Source: Rhizodiscina lignyota (lineage: Eukaryota). Taken from it: a DNA stretch of 64,000 nt. The DNA lies in assembly GCA_010015805.1 (NCBI GenBank), contig ML978122.1:1894453-1958452 (forward strand), read 5' to 3'. A model generated the notes under the pieces. The model was not told the origin of the DNA. It saw nothing but the letters and a program-made list of their open reading frames with translations, and made no database searches. Every line of letters begins with the position of its first letter. Position 1 is the first letter of the stretch. This document shows, one piece after another, positions 36,200 through 47,702 of this stretch. Made by a program: the position numbers and the translations under genes.

Positions 36200-37951
36200 C
36201 TATCTCGGTCCAGGGTGTCCAGGAGGTCCAGTCCCTCTGCTTGCCTGTGCGCCAGAAGTCCAGCTCCTGTCGTGTGATTGTGTGGTGGCCGGCATTTCCA
36301 TGCCTTGCCGTGGTGTCAATGCGGCCGGTTGGCCTGGTGGACTTGCGGCATAGATATTCGACGGGCCACTAATCCCACCTGCGTATCGCCCAGGGCCAGG
36401 TGGAAGGGGTAAAGGTGGTGAATGATGTGGAGCGGGAACTCCAAGCGGAGCTGGAACGATCGGGGCAAATGCGGAGACATAGGTGCTCTGAGGTAGCGAA
36501 GAGGCTGTTGGTGGTGGTGGGAGACTGTAGCCAGTTGTTCGTCTTCTAGTATTCCTCCCTTCGCTCGGGGGACCTTGCACCTGCCTCGGTGGCTCTGACA
36601 TCTCTGAAAAGGCAGAATAACTTCCACTACCGCTCCCGCTCGCCGTTTCATTACCATCTCCACGACTACCAAGCGACTCTCTAGTCACTCTTCCTCTTCT
36701 CGGACTCGGCGGACGAGGGAAATGTCGATCTCCGCCCGGAGCTTGATACACCAGGTTCGCAAAAAAGTCTCTCTCTCTTCTGTAATATTCGGCATCCTCT
36801 GATGCATCTCGTACTTGTTGTTCTAGCCTTGAGATCGTTTGGGATGATTCTTTCTCCTTGATTTTTCGGCGCTCACGGAACCGAGCCGAAGCACCAGCAT
36901 TGCGCTTGCGCTTCTCGTCCGCCACGCGTGAAGCTGCCTGAGACTCAACCGGAATTTGAACGGGGCCTTTATTTGTGTTGATTGTAAGCATTTGGACTCC
37001 TTGCTGACCAGAGGTCGATATTGGAATATAAGAAGACGGAGGAGACATCATGGGATGATGCTGGCTGTGTTCGCTGTAGGCCGGAAATGCGGATGTTGAC
37101 ATGTGCTCATCACGCATATTCCCTGGTTGGTACGGCATCCCAGGTGACATTGAACCTTGCTGTCTATACGAGGTGTATGAGGCGGTCGGACTCGTGGCTC
37201 CAGTAGTCGTGATAGGGCCACTCATGCTGGCACGCCTTGGCTGAGGAGGAGGAGGAGTCGACATCCCTGAAGATGTTGGTGGAAACTCGTATCTAGCTCG
37301 AACTACAGCTGGAGGTGTGGGGAGTGGTGGTACATTTCCCATGCCGGGTTCCACAGTGTAATTTCGCGGGCCAGGCGATAGAAAAGGCGATTGGTGCGCA
37401 TCTATTGTGCCAGTTACCCTTCCCAAGCTCGAAACTCTCTGTAAAGTAGGTGATCTTGGTGTCAGAATTCGCCGAGGTGGGATCGATCTCGTGCTAACAC
37501 CCGCGCCAGGCGACGAGGTATCCCCATAACTGGATTCCACGCTCGATGGCCTAGATAGAGCTAATGGTGGCAGAGCTGGTTGTCGATCTTCCATGCTTTG
37601 AGCTTCCATCTCAGCTGCTGTCCTTCTCACACCCCTCGGCTCCGCTCCTTCTGCTTGCGTTGCATTCAGAATTGCATGAACCCCTAATGATCTCATGGAT
37701 TTTCTATCAGGCCCATTATCGTCCAGGTCCGATAATCGCTGCAACGGAGGGAGCATTGGTGTTTGTCCCCTAGGAGCATCTTGCTGTGGACTACCTGCTC
37801 CAGAGCCATGTCCAAGTCCTTGGGGTGGCGCTGGCGGTATTGCTGTTATAGGACGAACTTCGGGTGCTATTGGTCCTGACGTTCTCCGAAGATGGCCGCT
37901 GTTGCCACTGCTGGCTGTAGGATCCGGTACACTTCCCCACTGCTGCGACAT
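36200..37951 (-). CDS. bZIP transcription factor (P/S-rich; start uncertain, first in-frame AUG at 37951)
   Basis: Basic region ASRVADEKRKRNAGASARFRERRKIKE followed by heptads (ISRLEQQVRDASEDAEYYRRERDFF). The frame is open upstream to about 38053 without an AUG. Confidence 0.85.
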   Translation of the reverse strand: MSQQWGSVPDPTASSGNSGHLRRTSGPIAPEVRPITAIPPAPPQGLGHGSGAGSPQQDAPRGQTPMLPPLQRLSDLDDNGPDRKSMRSLGVHAILNATQAEGAEPRGVRRTAAEMEAQSMEDRQPALPPLALSRPSSVESSYGDTSSPGAGVSTRSIPPRRILTPRSPTLQRVSSLGRVTGTIDAHQSPFLSPGPRNYTVEPGMGNVPPLPTPPAVVRARYEFPPTSSGMSTPPPPQPRRASMSGPITTTGATSPTASYTSYRQQGSMSPGMPYQPGNMRDEHMSTSAFPAYSEHSQHHPMMSPPSSYIPISTSGQQGVQMLTINTNKGPVQIPVESQAASRVADEKRKRNAGASARFRERRKIKEKESSQTISRLEQQVRDASEDAEYYRRERDFFANLVYQAPGGDRHFPRPPSPRRGRVTRESLGSRGDGNETASGSGSGSYSAFSEMSEPPRQVQGPPSEGRNTRRRTTGYSLPPPPTASSLPQSTYVSAFAPIVPAPLGVPAPHHSPPLPLPPGPGRYAGGISGPSNIYAASPPGQPAALTPRQGMEMPATTQSHDRSWTSGAQASRGTGPPGHPGPR

Positions 37952-40900
37952 CTGCCGGTCCTGCAAAGAGGGTTTCCCTGATAACTCCGACCATCGGCCC
38001 TTCTTCCCCTTCTCTCTGTACGAATGATACTCTATGTTGGACGGCAGTCTGTATCATACAAGAGAAACTTCAGTAACATCCTTCCTCCTTGGGACATGAA
38101 ACAGGTACGAAGTGGCGGGTATACCTATAAGGACTGTGCGAATATGAAAGAGTGACAGTAGCGGGTGCAGCCAGATTGACTGATGCCGTGGGACGTTGCG
38201 AGACGTCCCTAAGCAGACGAGAGGGGTGGTATTGAATAAGCGGGGCGTGTAGAGCTGCGAGGTGTCGTTCGAGGTGTCGTATCAATTCGATCGTGGAGAA
38301 ATGATGCGCTGAAGCCAAAACGAGCAATGCAATCAACAAAGAGTGTAGCACGAGAACGGGTATGCATCAAGGCATGGAAAGGCCCTCATGTGTAATCATG
38401 CCAACAACAGACAGTGACTGAGCGGTATGCATTGGACTGATCGAGTGGCAGTGTAGTGTAGATAGGTGGCAGCGAAGCCTGCAGAACCTCAAAACGGATC
38501 TCATCGCCCGCGCGTCCGGGACAGCAGCCACTGATAAATGGGCGTGCTCTGCAGTAATGTCGGTGTGAAGTGAGTGGACGTTTTGACAGCACCAACCATG
38601 ACGTGCGGATCAGAGCTACCCTCGCGCTGGGTAGGCTGGCAACTGTGGGCCCCTGTGTGCGGCTACGGCTCTCAACGGGCAGGTTAGAGAGGGTCTGAGC
38701 TGCGTGCAGAAGCTGGCCAAGTCACCAGCATCCAACAATGTTGGACAGGCTCGACAGGATGGCCTACCTTCGTGTACATGACGGGGCGATGTGCACCATC
38801 GGTCAGACGCGGAAGACGGGAACGAAAGCCTGCCTTACGAGAAGTAGGTATGGTGCGACGCTCATCTTGCCAGGCTGGACCCGCGAGATCAGGCTAGCGT
38901 TTGGCAGTCGTCAAGCCTATCTCCAGTGCATTCAGTCAATCTTTGAGAGGTAGTGAGGCGCCCTAACGTCGCCGCGAGACGAGCACGAATCGACCGTGCC
39001 ATGACAAGGTGCAAAACCAGACACAGCCGAGGCTGATGATCACTTCACTGAATCACTGCATCGGGAGCTCTACGAATCCGCACGCCTGGAGGTCAGCAGA
39101 GGGATCAGCAGGGCCAGTAGCAGTTGGCAAAGGAAAGTGCAAGTCATGGTAACCAGGGGCCCACTGGGCTGGACGCGAAGCTGGCCATGACATGAGGCAC
39201 GCGATGTGCGCCCATTCGCGCAGTTTGAGAAATCCTTTTTCCTCTGCTTTCATCTGTGCGCAGCACGCATTACAATATCGTCCGTGCCTGGAACTGCGCT
39301 GGCTGATGAAGTTGCTTCGAGCGGGGTGCGTGTCCGTGACGTGCTTCTTTTGGAGATTACAGGGGCTTGATGGGCGGCCTTTCCTGGTCCTGCGCCTGCT
39401 GGGGAACGCCTGTCAATGCCTGAGCCAAAAATCTCCGCGAGTAAGAGGCGCAAATATCAACGGGCAACTCGAGATTCGCGCGTTGTGGCCGTCGTCATTG
39501 GCCGCATTCGCAATCCGACAGTCTGGTTGCAATATGCACGCAACGGATGGTCGTTCGTGCCGGCCCTTTCACCGACTGCAGCCACCGCGTTCGAGCCATG
39601 CGTTCTGTCCAACATTGCAGCTGGGAAGCACAGGGCCGGGCAAGCCATCACCCTCGAGTAGACGGAGACGACCAGCGGGAATACGCTCGATCTGCACGCT
39701 CTGCTGAGAACTGACTCCTGCCAGCATGAAAAACCCTTCTCTACTGACACATTTTGTTGACTTTGTCCTAGACTTAAAAAGGTGACAATGGCCCGCGCCA
39801 AGGCAAAACGAAGCGCTGAGAGTGGGCGCGGTCGATGCTGCTCTCTCCATCAAAGCGTGCGCCCGGTCCTTGTCTGACAGTGTAGCTACGCACAGACACG
39901 TGCACAGCCGACGCCTTTGTAGAGAGAAGTGAACTTTCTTCTGCCAGCGGTCTGGTGATTGCGGAGGATCCGCACTGGTCACAAAGTCTAAAGCCCTCGT
40001 TTAAAGCGCATGATCTGGTGTCCCCTTCTCTAGGAAACTCGTTCGCCATAGGCAATCGCATGATGTTCGTTTTAGGTTCGCGTTGAGAGCTTGGTGGCCC
40101 AAAACGGGCCTTCTTTGGGCTCTACGGACCGCGAACAACGTGGCTCTAGAGAAGGCCGGTACGTTCGCAGGCTCGTAAAATCCTAGCAAATGCCATCGAT
40201 GCGAGATGTGGGTCTCGCCCTGGTTAAGTCTAGCCGCAACGGCGTGGTGGGTGGATCGTTCCCAGCGAGCCGGTGCCCACGCCTCCTGACGGAGCCGAAC
40301 AAACCATGGGTCCAGTATGAGGACCAAACCTCTTGCGGTAGGAATCCGCTCTGAATCCATGGTGTGCACTTCCACAGGGCAGGAATTGCATCATTTTGGG
40401 CTTGCTCTGCGTTGTTCACGGATCCCTCGTGGAAGCAGGGCTTCTTTTCCGCGGCCCTTGCCGTTCGGTGTCGTCGGATTCGAGAGGAGGTCTTGCGAGC
40501 CTTGTGAGAGCCCTTGAAAGAGGCATGGTAATATTCAATGGCGATGCTGTGCGCTATCGATGCGGGTGCGACGTGTTTGCTATCCACTTGTTGCTGCATC
40601 GAACTGGGGGACCCATTGGGTCCTCACCGCTTCAGCATCCTGGCCGCATTGCAGAAATGATCATGTGCGTCAGGGCGGGTCGTGACGGTGATTGTGCAGG
40701 CATGCAGGCTGAGCGTGCTGGCAACGCATAGGAAGGAGGGAGGTGCGGGAAAAGCTTACCGCGACGACTCCACGCCATTCTCTTGCCATGGGATTTTTCT
40801 GATTGGCTCTCGCCAGCATGCAGCCTCTGGCTAATTGGGCGTTCAGTCGTGATTTGAGCGCGAGGCTTTCTGGTGGTGCTCGGTTCTCATTTCTGCCCCT

Positions 40901-42888
40901 GCGTTTGACGGCAACGGGGCCTCGACGCCTTCTCCATCTCCCAACCGTGCAGTTCCCAGCTGAAGAGCATCTCCTCCCGAAGGCGGGAAGGATCTTGTTT
41001 CAAGAATCTCCCGGGAACATTCTTGGAGGAAAGCGTCCCAGAAGCTTCCTTTTGATATCCGCCTTCTGGAATGCGAGTGTTAAAACGCTCTACGTCTCGC
41101 GTCGCCGTCGAACCGGTGCCAGCCTGGAATCCCTCCAAATGCTTTTTGCTCCTTCACCCACGTTTTGGAATGACTCAACGACGAGATCCAGAGTCGCGAA
41201 TAATGCTTGCCGAAATTAGGAGTAGTGTGGTAGGGCACCTCGGGGAAGCAGCCCGTCATCCCACGATTCGCTTGCTGAGCTGTGCCTGCGGCACCCGCGG
41301 TGAAGGAGGGCGAAGAGGTTCGGGAGAAGGACCAGTACCACGGCAGCGCTGGAAGCTAGGTAAACTTCGGAATCTCCCCCAATAGCACCAGCTGGGCGGG
41401 CTAGATTTCCGACAATTCGTCATTTCCATGGCGAATAGTGAACGGCCACTTAGTTGCCAGTCCCACTGCCCAGTCATGTGGTTATCCCTCTGCAGTGACG
41501 ATCCGTCGGTACAGCTGGTACGGCGGGTAAGTTGGATTGTGGAGGCCAAAAGCTGTGAGGCTGCCCAATCCCAATTTCACACAGTAGCTGTCTATTCGCA
41601 GACTATCGAATAGCGAAGATCAGCATCTCCACCGCCTCGCAGATTTTTGTGACACGACCGTATGCTCGTCAAAGGCGCAGGCGGCGCGATATCAGATGCA
41701 CATAATCGCTTAGTCTTTGCTGCTGCAGACGCACGAAGCCGGGATCAGCTGTCAGGAACAGCGGCTTCGTTCCCGTGAATACGTCCCCTCTGTCGGGCTA
41801 GAGGTAGATATAGAAAGAGAACGTGGAGAAGTGGACCGGGCGCGATTGCGATATCTCCAAATCTAGCCAGAGCCGCGAGAAAGTCACTTGCTGAGGTGTG
41901 AGTGTTCAATTGTGATGCTGCTTCCAAGATCAGCGTGGTCGATGGAGCGACTGGTGTGGCGTTGAAGGAGACGGTTCTGTGAGCTGGCCAGAAGTCACGA
42001 GGGGCGTGGAGAATGCACCGTGATCACATCGTTCTGCACGACTCAACGCTCGTCACGATGCAATCAAGGCAGATCTACAGTTCAATTCGCAGCCTAATCT
42101 ATTTATTCCGATTGCGAGATGTACGCAATAGGAGTGACCAGTTAAAGCCGGCAGTTGACATATGCTGTGTGCTCCCGAACGCCCACTTGCGTGACGAGAA
42201 CTCAGTTACACAACCGTCGTCTTCAGCCTCTCATGCAAGATATCCGCACAGCATGGATGCACGTCGCTTCAATCTCTCGGGAACCTACATGACGCTTATT
42301 AAAGAGACCGCCTCGCACCTAGTCAACTGCTAAGTTTAAACTCTCCAAGGGTGCTGTCCTTGGGCAGAATGGATGAACAGATCTTTGGCTTCAAATATTG
42401 GAAAAGCAACGCACTCGTATTGGTGAGCTCTCAGGTACCACCTGACCATCCGATGGAATCCTAAGGATCTTCCGCCTGGCAGCATTGCAAGTGGTCCGCA
42501 CGGGATCCTTCTTCGCCCAGTGCCATGCCATCTAACGCCCGAAACCCTCGGTCTCATAGACGCAGATATCGTGGGGCCATTGCAGACACGCGCATCTCTC
42601 GTTTAAACCACGTCATCGTAAGTATCGATCCGCTCTATACGTTAGAGCTGAGAGCCTATATGATGCTATTTCATCAACGACGATCAGAACTGAGCTTTCA
42701 TCTTGGAACGCTCTCGGCAGATGCGACATGCTCAGATCGGGATCGACATGACAACAAGCGTCTGATATCAGGTTTCTATTCGTACCTCATCAGAAGGAGG
42801 GGAGATCTTGCCTTGATTGGCGAAACGTTCGACATGTTCATCGTTATTATCACATCAGTGTGTGACTTGACCGTATCAGACGGGCAGA

Positions 42889-43500
42889 ATGACATCGCCA
42901 ATTTGTCCAAGAAACACCCACCGTTGCCTATGGACTACGACGCCAATGGAAAACCTGAGTAGCCGATTCTTGAACAGATACGTGCTTGATTTTACTATCG
43001 TTGCATTTGATGGACTTTTCCTTCCTGGGCTCACCCTCGTCGGGGCTCAAGACCTTCTGAGGTACCTTGTCGTCTTAATGATCCGACTGTGGATACCATA
43101 CCCTCATCAAGAATTTAAACTTTAGACCCCATCTCCAAAGAGGCCTCATTACCGACGAGCACACCGAATATGGATTATCGTCAACGCCATCAATGGTTTC
43201 AGCTGCTTCTGGAACACGTCAGGTACGCTACAGATCTCGACGAGGTACCAACGTGATACCTAGACTGTTATGACTGTATCAAGTCTGTGATGTATCTATC
43301 TTCAAAGTGGACAACTTGGTGCCATCCGCCGCAATATCCAACTTGGCGGCTCCAAGCTGCCGGCGGAATTGCTTGCGCGCATCTCAGACATCCAACAATT
43401 GCAGAATCTTGCTTCACTGATCAACGAGTTGCGGATCCTACTCGCTTGCCCACACCATCTATCCATCCCTGACACAGAAGCTAGAGCTAACCTTTGACGC
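42889..43500 (+). pseudogene. Possible decayed gene fragment
   Basis: Protein-like segments in successive frames: ...RLWIPYPHQEFKL / LDPISKE...MDYRQRHQWFQLLLEHVRY...PT*YLDCYDCIKSVM / GAIRRNIQLGGSKLPAELLARISDI. Joining them needs two frameshifts and one in-frame TGA. Confidence 0.25.
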
Positions 43501-45112
43501 GCAGACTCTTTGCCAGGCGGACCCAGCAGTGCAAAGTCCCAAGACCTTGAAGCTATCCTCCTAGGGATCCTTACTCCAGCAGTTGTGACTTGCATCAATA
43601 AACGCGCTCCGAAGAGGATCCGACGTCAAAGAACTCCTGATCCCCTCCAGGTTGAAGAAGCCGCAACCGCTCCATTGTTCTGTTTGGGCGACGCCTCTAT
43701 ACTGTCGGAGCGCATTAATGCCCAATTCTAGGGTCCGCAACTGCAAAACCCTAAGCCGATGGCCGAATGCGTAATATTATCCGACCAGTTACGAATTAAG
43801 CAGTTCATCATGCGGCTCGAACGTCAGCCTCGAGATTCGCTTCGTTCGCCTCACTATTTCGCTTGCTCTTCCAGTTCCTGGGCGATGTTTTGCACGCGAA
43901 ATATGCATGTCACGGCCACCCTTGAGGGTTACGTTTGCCAAGTCCATGACCCTGGGAGTTCGACTTTTGACTTCGCCGGGTCGCTAGAGCTTCTCCCATG
44001 TCCCCAGACGAGAGTCAGGCGACGATATTTCACGAGCCCTGTCGATATGATCCCCGTATCACGTTAAACCCGGTATATACCCATGGCCGTTTCCCTTTGC
44101 ATTGGTGACGTCCCTTGCGTCACAGTATGGGCGTCTTCCAGAAATGATTCTCACATTATTGCGTGCTTGGATGGCTTTTGTTTGTTTCATAGCTTCAGCT
44201 TTGAAGCCTGAAACTTTGCGTAACGCGAGGTTGGATCGCCAAAGTGTCAGCGTTCTAGAAGGGTTTGAGAATTGCAGTGCGTTTCCTCCGTAGTGTTACT
44301 TGCAAACGCATGTCTGAAACATCCATTGAATGTTGTCACTCTCTCCCTGAACTCTCGTTCTCGCTCTCTTTCGAAGTTCAGTTCAACTTGACCCTGGACA
44401 CATGGCGGCTAAACTCGATTCTATACCGCCTGTCCTAGCTATCGCCATATCGAAGTCGACGTTGTCGCGGCTAAGTCCTTTCACGCAGGAGTAGTGCTTA
44501 CTTCCTTTTTTTTTTTCAGGGTATCCACAATCAGTCAATTTACATAAGCGAGTTAGGGCACTCCCGGAAATCAGCGTTGATCGGCAGAGTTCGTTGCTGA
44601 TTCGGACAGCAGAATGGCAAGGTACCTGCCAAGCAAGGTTCTTTTCGTCGACAGCGCTCCGAAAGCAGTCGAAGGCTTTCGTCGGATGGTCGGTCGGTGA
44701 ACAGCGCTGCCCTACCGAGCGAAATCCGGCATGAAATCAGACTAAGATCACCAGGGGCCAATCAGTCCATTAAACAAATGGCATGATGTTTGTCATGCAG
44801 GTAAATGACTCTCCAGGGAGGCAACTCCGCAAATTGAAAGCTTCCAATTGCCGAAAGACACCGCACATTTTTGGATAGGAATTTCCCGAAGTAATTGTCA
44901 ACCTTGAAACCAGCTGTTGTCACCGTAGCCATGTGTATGCATGGGAGGCGCATTCGAGCTATTTGGAATGGCTACAAGCAAATCCCTTGATGGGAAAGGG
45001 CATGTTATCAATGCAGACACTCCTGTGAGCTGTTGGGAATCATAGCAGCGTCCTAGAGCTTTGGATCGTCGTATCATTCGCTCTATGCAGCATACATCTC
45101 ACAGCTATCAAG

Positions 45113-47468
45113 CTATGTCTTTCGCCGCCTCTTTCTTCTCCCATGCGAATTCATCTCCTGAGCTTCATTGTCTGAAACGTCGTCGACAGGAGCTTCAATT
45201 CCAACATCGCTGGTGTCCGGATCTTTCTCTGCGGCTTTTTCACTAGCAACTTCCGTTTCACTCTCAAACCCTTCAAACTCATCCTCTTCACTTTCTCCTG
45301 CACGGTCTCCTGATTCTTCACCCACTGGGCCCTCCTCATGGTCATTCTCCAGATCCTGTTCCGCTGAGCTGTCTGCCTCTGACAAAGGATCCGATTGCTC
45401 TTTCATGTCATCTTTAACCTCAATTTCTGACTGTGCTTCATCTCTCTTCCTCTTTCTGCCCATTTCCCCTAACCGCCCTCCGCGGCCATCGACCCCGTCT
45501 TTACTTGACTCTTCACTCTCTGATTTAGGTGGCGGAGTAAACCAAGGGATTTTCCCTCGAAGAAAATCATTGATGATCATCTTGGCTACAGAGCCTAGAT
45601 CGGCCTCTCCACCTTTGAGCAACTTCCCTCCTTTTCGCGCTAACATCTCGAGGAACGACGTTGCGTCGCCATCCCATCCATTGACGTCGTACGTTCGTTC
45701 AATGTGATGTAATTTGCATTTAGCGAGGAGTGCAGGGATGTACTGCTCTGGATTCTGAACGTTCTCAACTCGCACGACGCCTCGGAGTAAAATATCGGTA
45801 TCGGTGTCGCTTGGACTGGGTGGCACCACTCCAGGGCAATCGATCAAGTAGATGCGTTTCATGAGCGTGATATATTGCCACTTTTGTACGGTCAGCGATA
45901 ATCTCTACGCTGCAAGATAGTTGGAGATGGCCATTGGGGCCCTTTCAGGACTTACCACCTTCGTCTCACCAGGAATCGGTGCCACGGTGCAGACTTTCTT
46001 CTTTCGAAGGGCATTGATGATTGAAGATTTGCCGGTGTTGGGGTAACCTATGAAGCCGACTGATATTTGCTTTCGATTGGAATGGAGAGCGGAAAATTGG
46101 CGAAGCAGAGCGATGAGGGAGCCTTTGCCGAAGGCATTGGTGAGTGAAGCATGGAATGCTAATGTAGGGTACTCCTTTGATAAGCAGCGGACCCACGAGG
46201 CCTATTTAAGAATACATTAGCTACAGCGATCATATGGGACTGATTGGGCTGCTCAATGCGTGATAGAAAGAAAGATAAAATGTATGGGCCATAACTAAGA
46301 ACGGCGGTACAAGTCCACAAATCGTGAAAGCCGACGCTCTACTCTGACGGCGCATTCCTGCAATCCCTAGCTTGTCGACCAAAACGGTAACAAGCAGAAA
46401 GGCGGGAGCTGGGTCGGTCTCCCAACGTTGTAACAGACGCACCTCCATCGTGTAGCTTTGTAGCTGGAAGAAGTCCTGACAAGAACATTGGGGTCGAAGG
46501 GAGGGAACAGTACAATATGCAGATATTGTGACAAAATTGGGATATACAAAAGGCATGACTTACAGCAACAGAAGTAGGCACCAAGTCACACTTGTTTAGC
46601 ACGAAAACCAAATGCTTATGCGGCGCCTCTTCCTTGATGTATTTCTCAACGCTGCGACATCGCGTACCCAAGGGATCTCGAGCATCCAGAACATGGATTA
46701 CCACATCGCTCGAATCTATGACTTTGTACAACTCGTTCCATATTCGCTTGCTTTGACCTTTGTTGAAGATTGGTTCTCTCGCGAGTGCTAGACTTGAATC
46801 CTGCTCCTCGACATGATCCTTCTCTTGGTTTTCTTCAGTCGCATTTCCAGAAAGCAGACGTGCTTGCTCGAGGCGGTCCAGGTAGTAATCGTGCATCTTT
46901 ACACTCTCCCCAGCAAGATCTTCAATTGAGCCAACCGCAAGCTTGACTCTCTTCCTCTGGGCTTTCGGACCAAATGTATCTGAGAATGGCGCCGTGTCCA
47001 CCGCTATCTTCGCAGCGTGTTGTTTAATACCATTTTTCTTTGTCTCATCATCTCTTATGAGGCTCATAGGAAGCTTGTTCTGCTTCAGTAGGTACGAGTA
47101 AGGATCGGATGATTGTTCCGCAACGGCACCGCGAAACGCCGCCAATGCTTCTTGGGATATGACTCGAGTGTTTGTAAACCATTTTCGATTCGGCTCGACT
47201 CTTGCGCTGGGAACATCGCGAGACTGGAAGGACGCAGCTTTCGTAATTTTTCCGGATGCGTTTCTTTGAGGCTTGCCATCCTTGAACATATTCAGGGTCT
47301 TAACCTTCTTCGCATCCCTTATTGACGGTCAGATCCGTATATTTCTCCGCTTCAGAGAGAGTAGTCTTACCTGTAAAAGTTCTCTCCCTTGGTTTTCACA
47401 TTGGACATTCCATCGTCGGTCTTCCCCTGCCGCACCTTGCGGGCGGCCTCTTTCTTGCCGCTCCCCAT
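45113..47468 (-). CDS. NOG2: Nucleolar GTPase Nog2 (60S biogenesis)
   Basis: [11 protein letters not shown]...KGENFY start. Introns 47370-47318, 46563-46202 and 45955-45881. Motifs [60 protein letters not shown] (circularly permuted GTPase). Confidence 0.97.
46278..46495 (-). ncRNA. snR191: Intronic H/ACA snoRNA, snR191/U19 (SNORA74) type, guiding two helix-69 pseudouridines of LSU rRNA
   Basis: Lies inside the 362-bp NOG2 intron. The 5' hairpin (CCCAATGTT/AACGTTGGG) has pocket strands GTCA (46480-46477) and GTTAC (46434-46430), complementary to GUAAC-U-A-UGAC. The 3' hairpin has pocket strands AGAGT (46345-46341) and TAGTTA (46297-46292), complementary to UAACUA-U-G-ACUCU. The ACA box (46283-46281) starts 14 nt after the start of TAGTTA. 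Yeast snR191 is known to be hosted in the NOG2 intron. Confidence 0.85.
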
Positions 47469-47702
47469 CTTGTGGAGCTACAATCTCTCCGTTATGGTCG
47501 AACGGGTCGATTGCGGCGAGAAGTGAAATGTATGGGTTGGATAGAGTTGGTCAACTTTTTTTGCCGTTCAGATTCAATGCCAAGATTTCGACCGACGGAG
47601 CACGGAGGATCTTTCCCTTCCGAGCTAAGACCGTTCTTGGCAATATGGGAAAGCTTTTGGACCTGAAGCAACGTCGAGATTGGCTTCAATTGAAGCGTAG
47701 CC

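Noticed and set aside
38100..45100. Transposon, tRNA or rRNA within the long intergenic region
   Set aside because: By eye I saw no transposase, RT or integrase motifs, terminal repeats, RIP-like AT enrichment or tRNA T-loop/cloverleaf.
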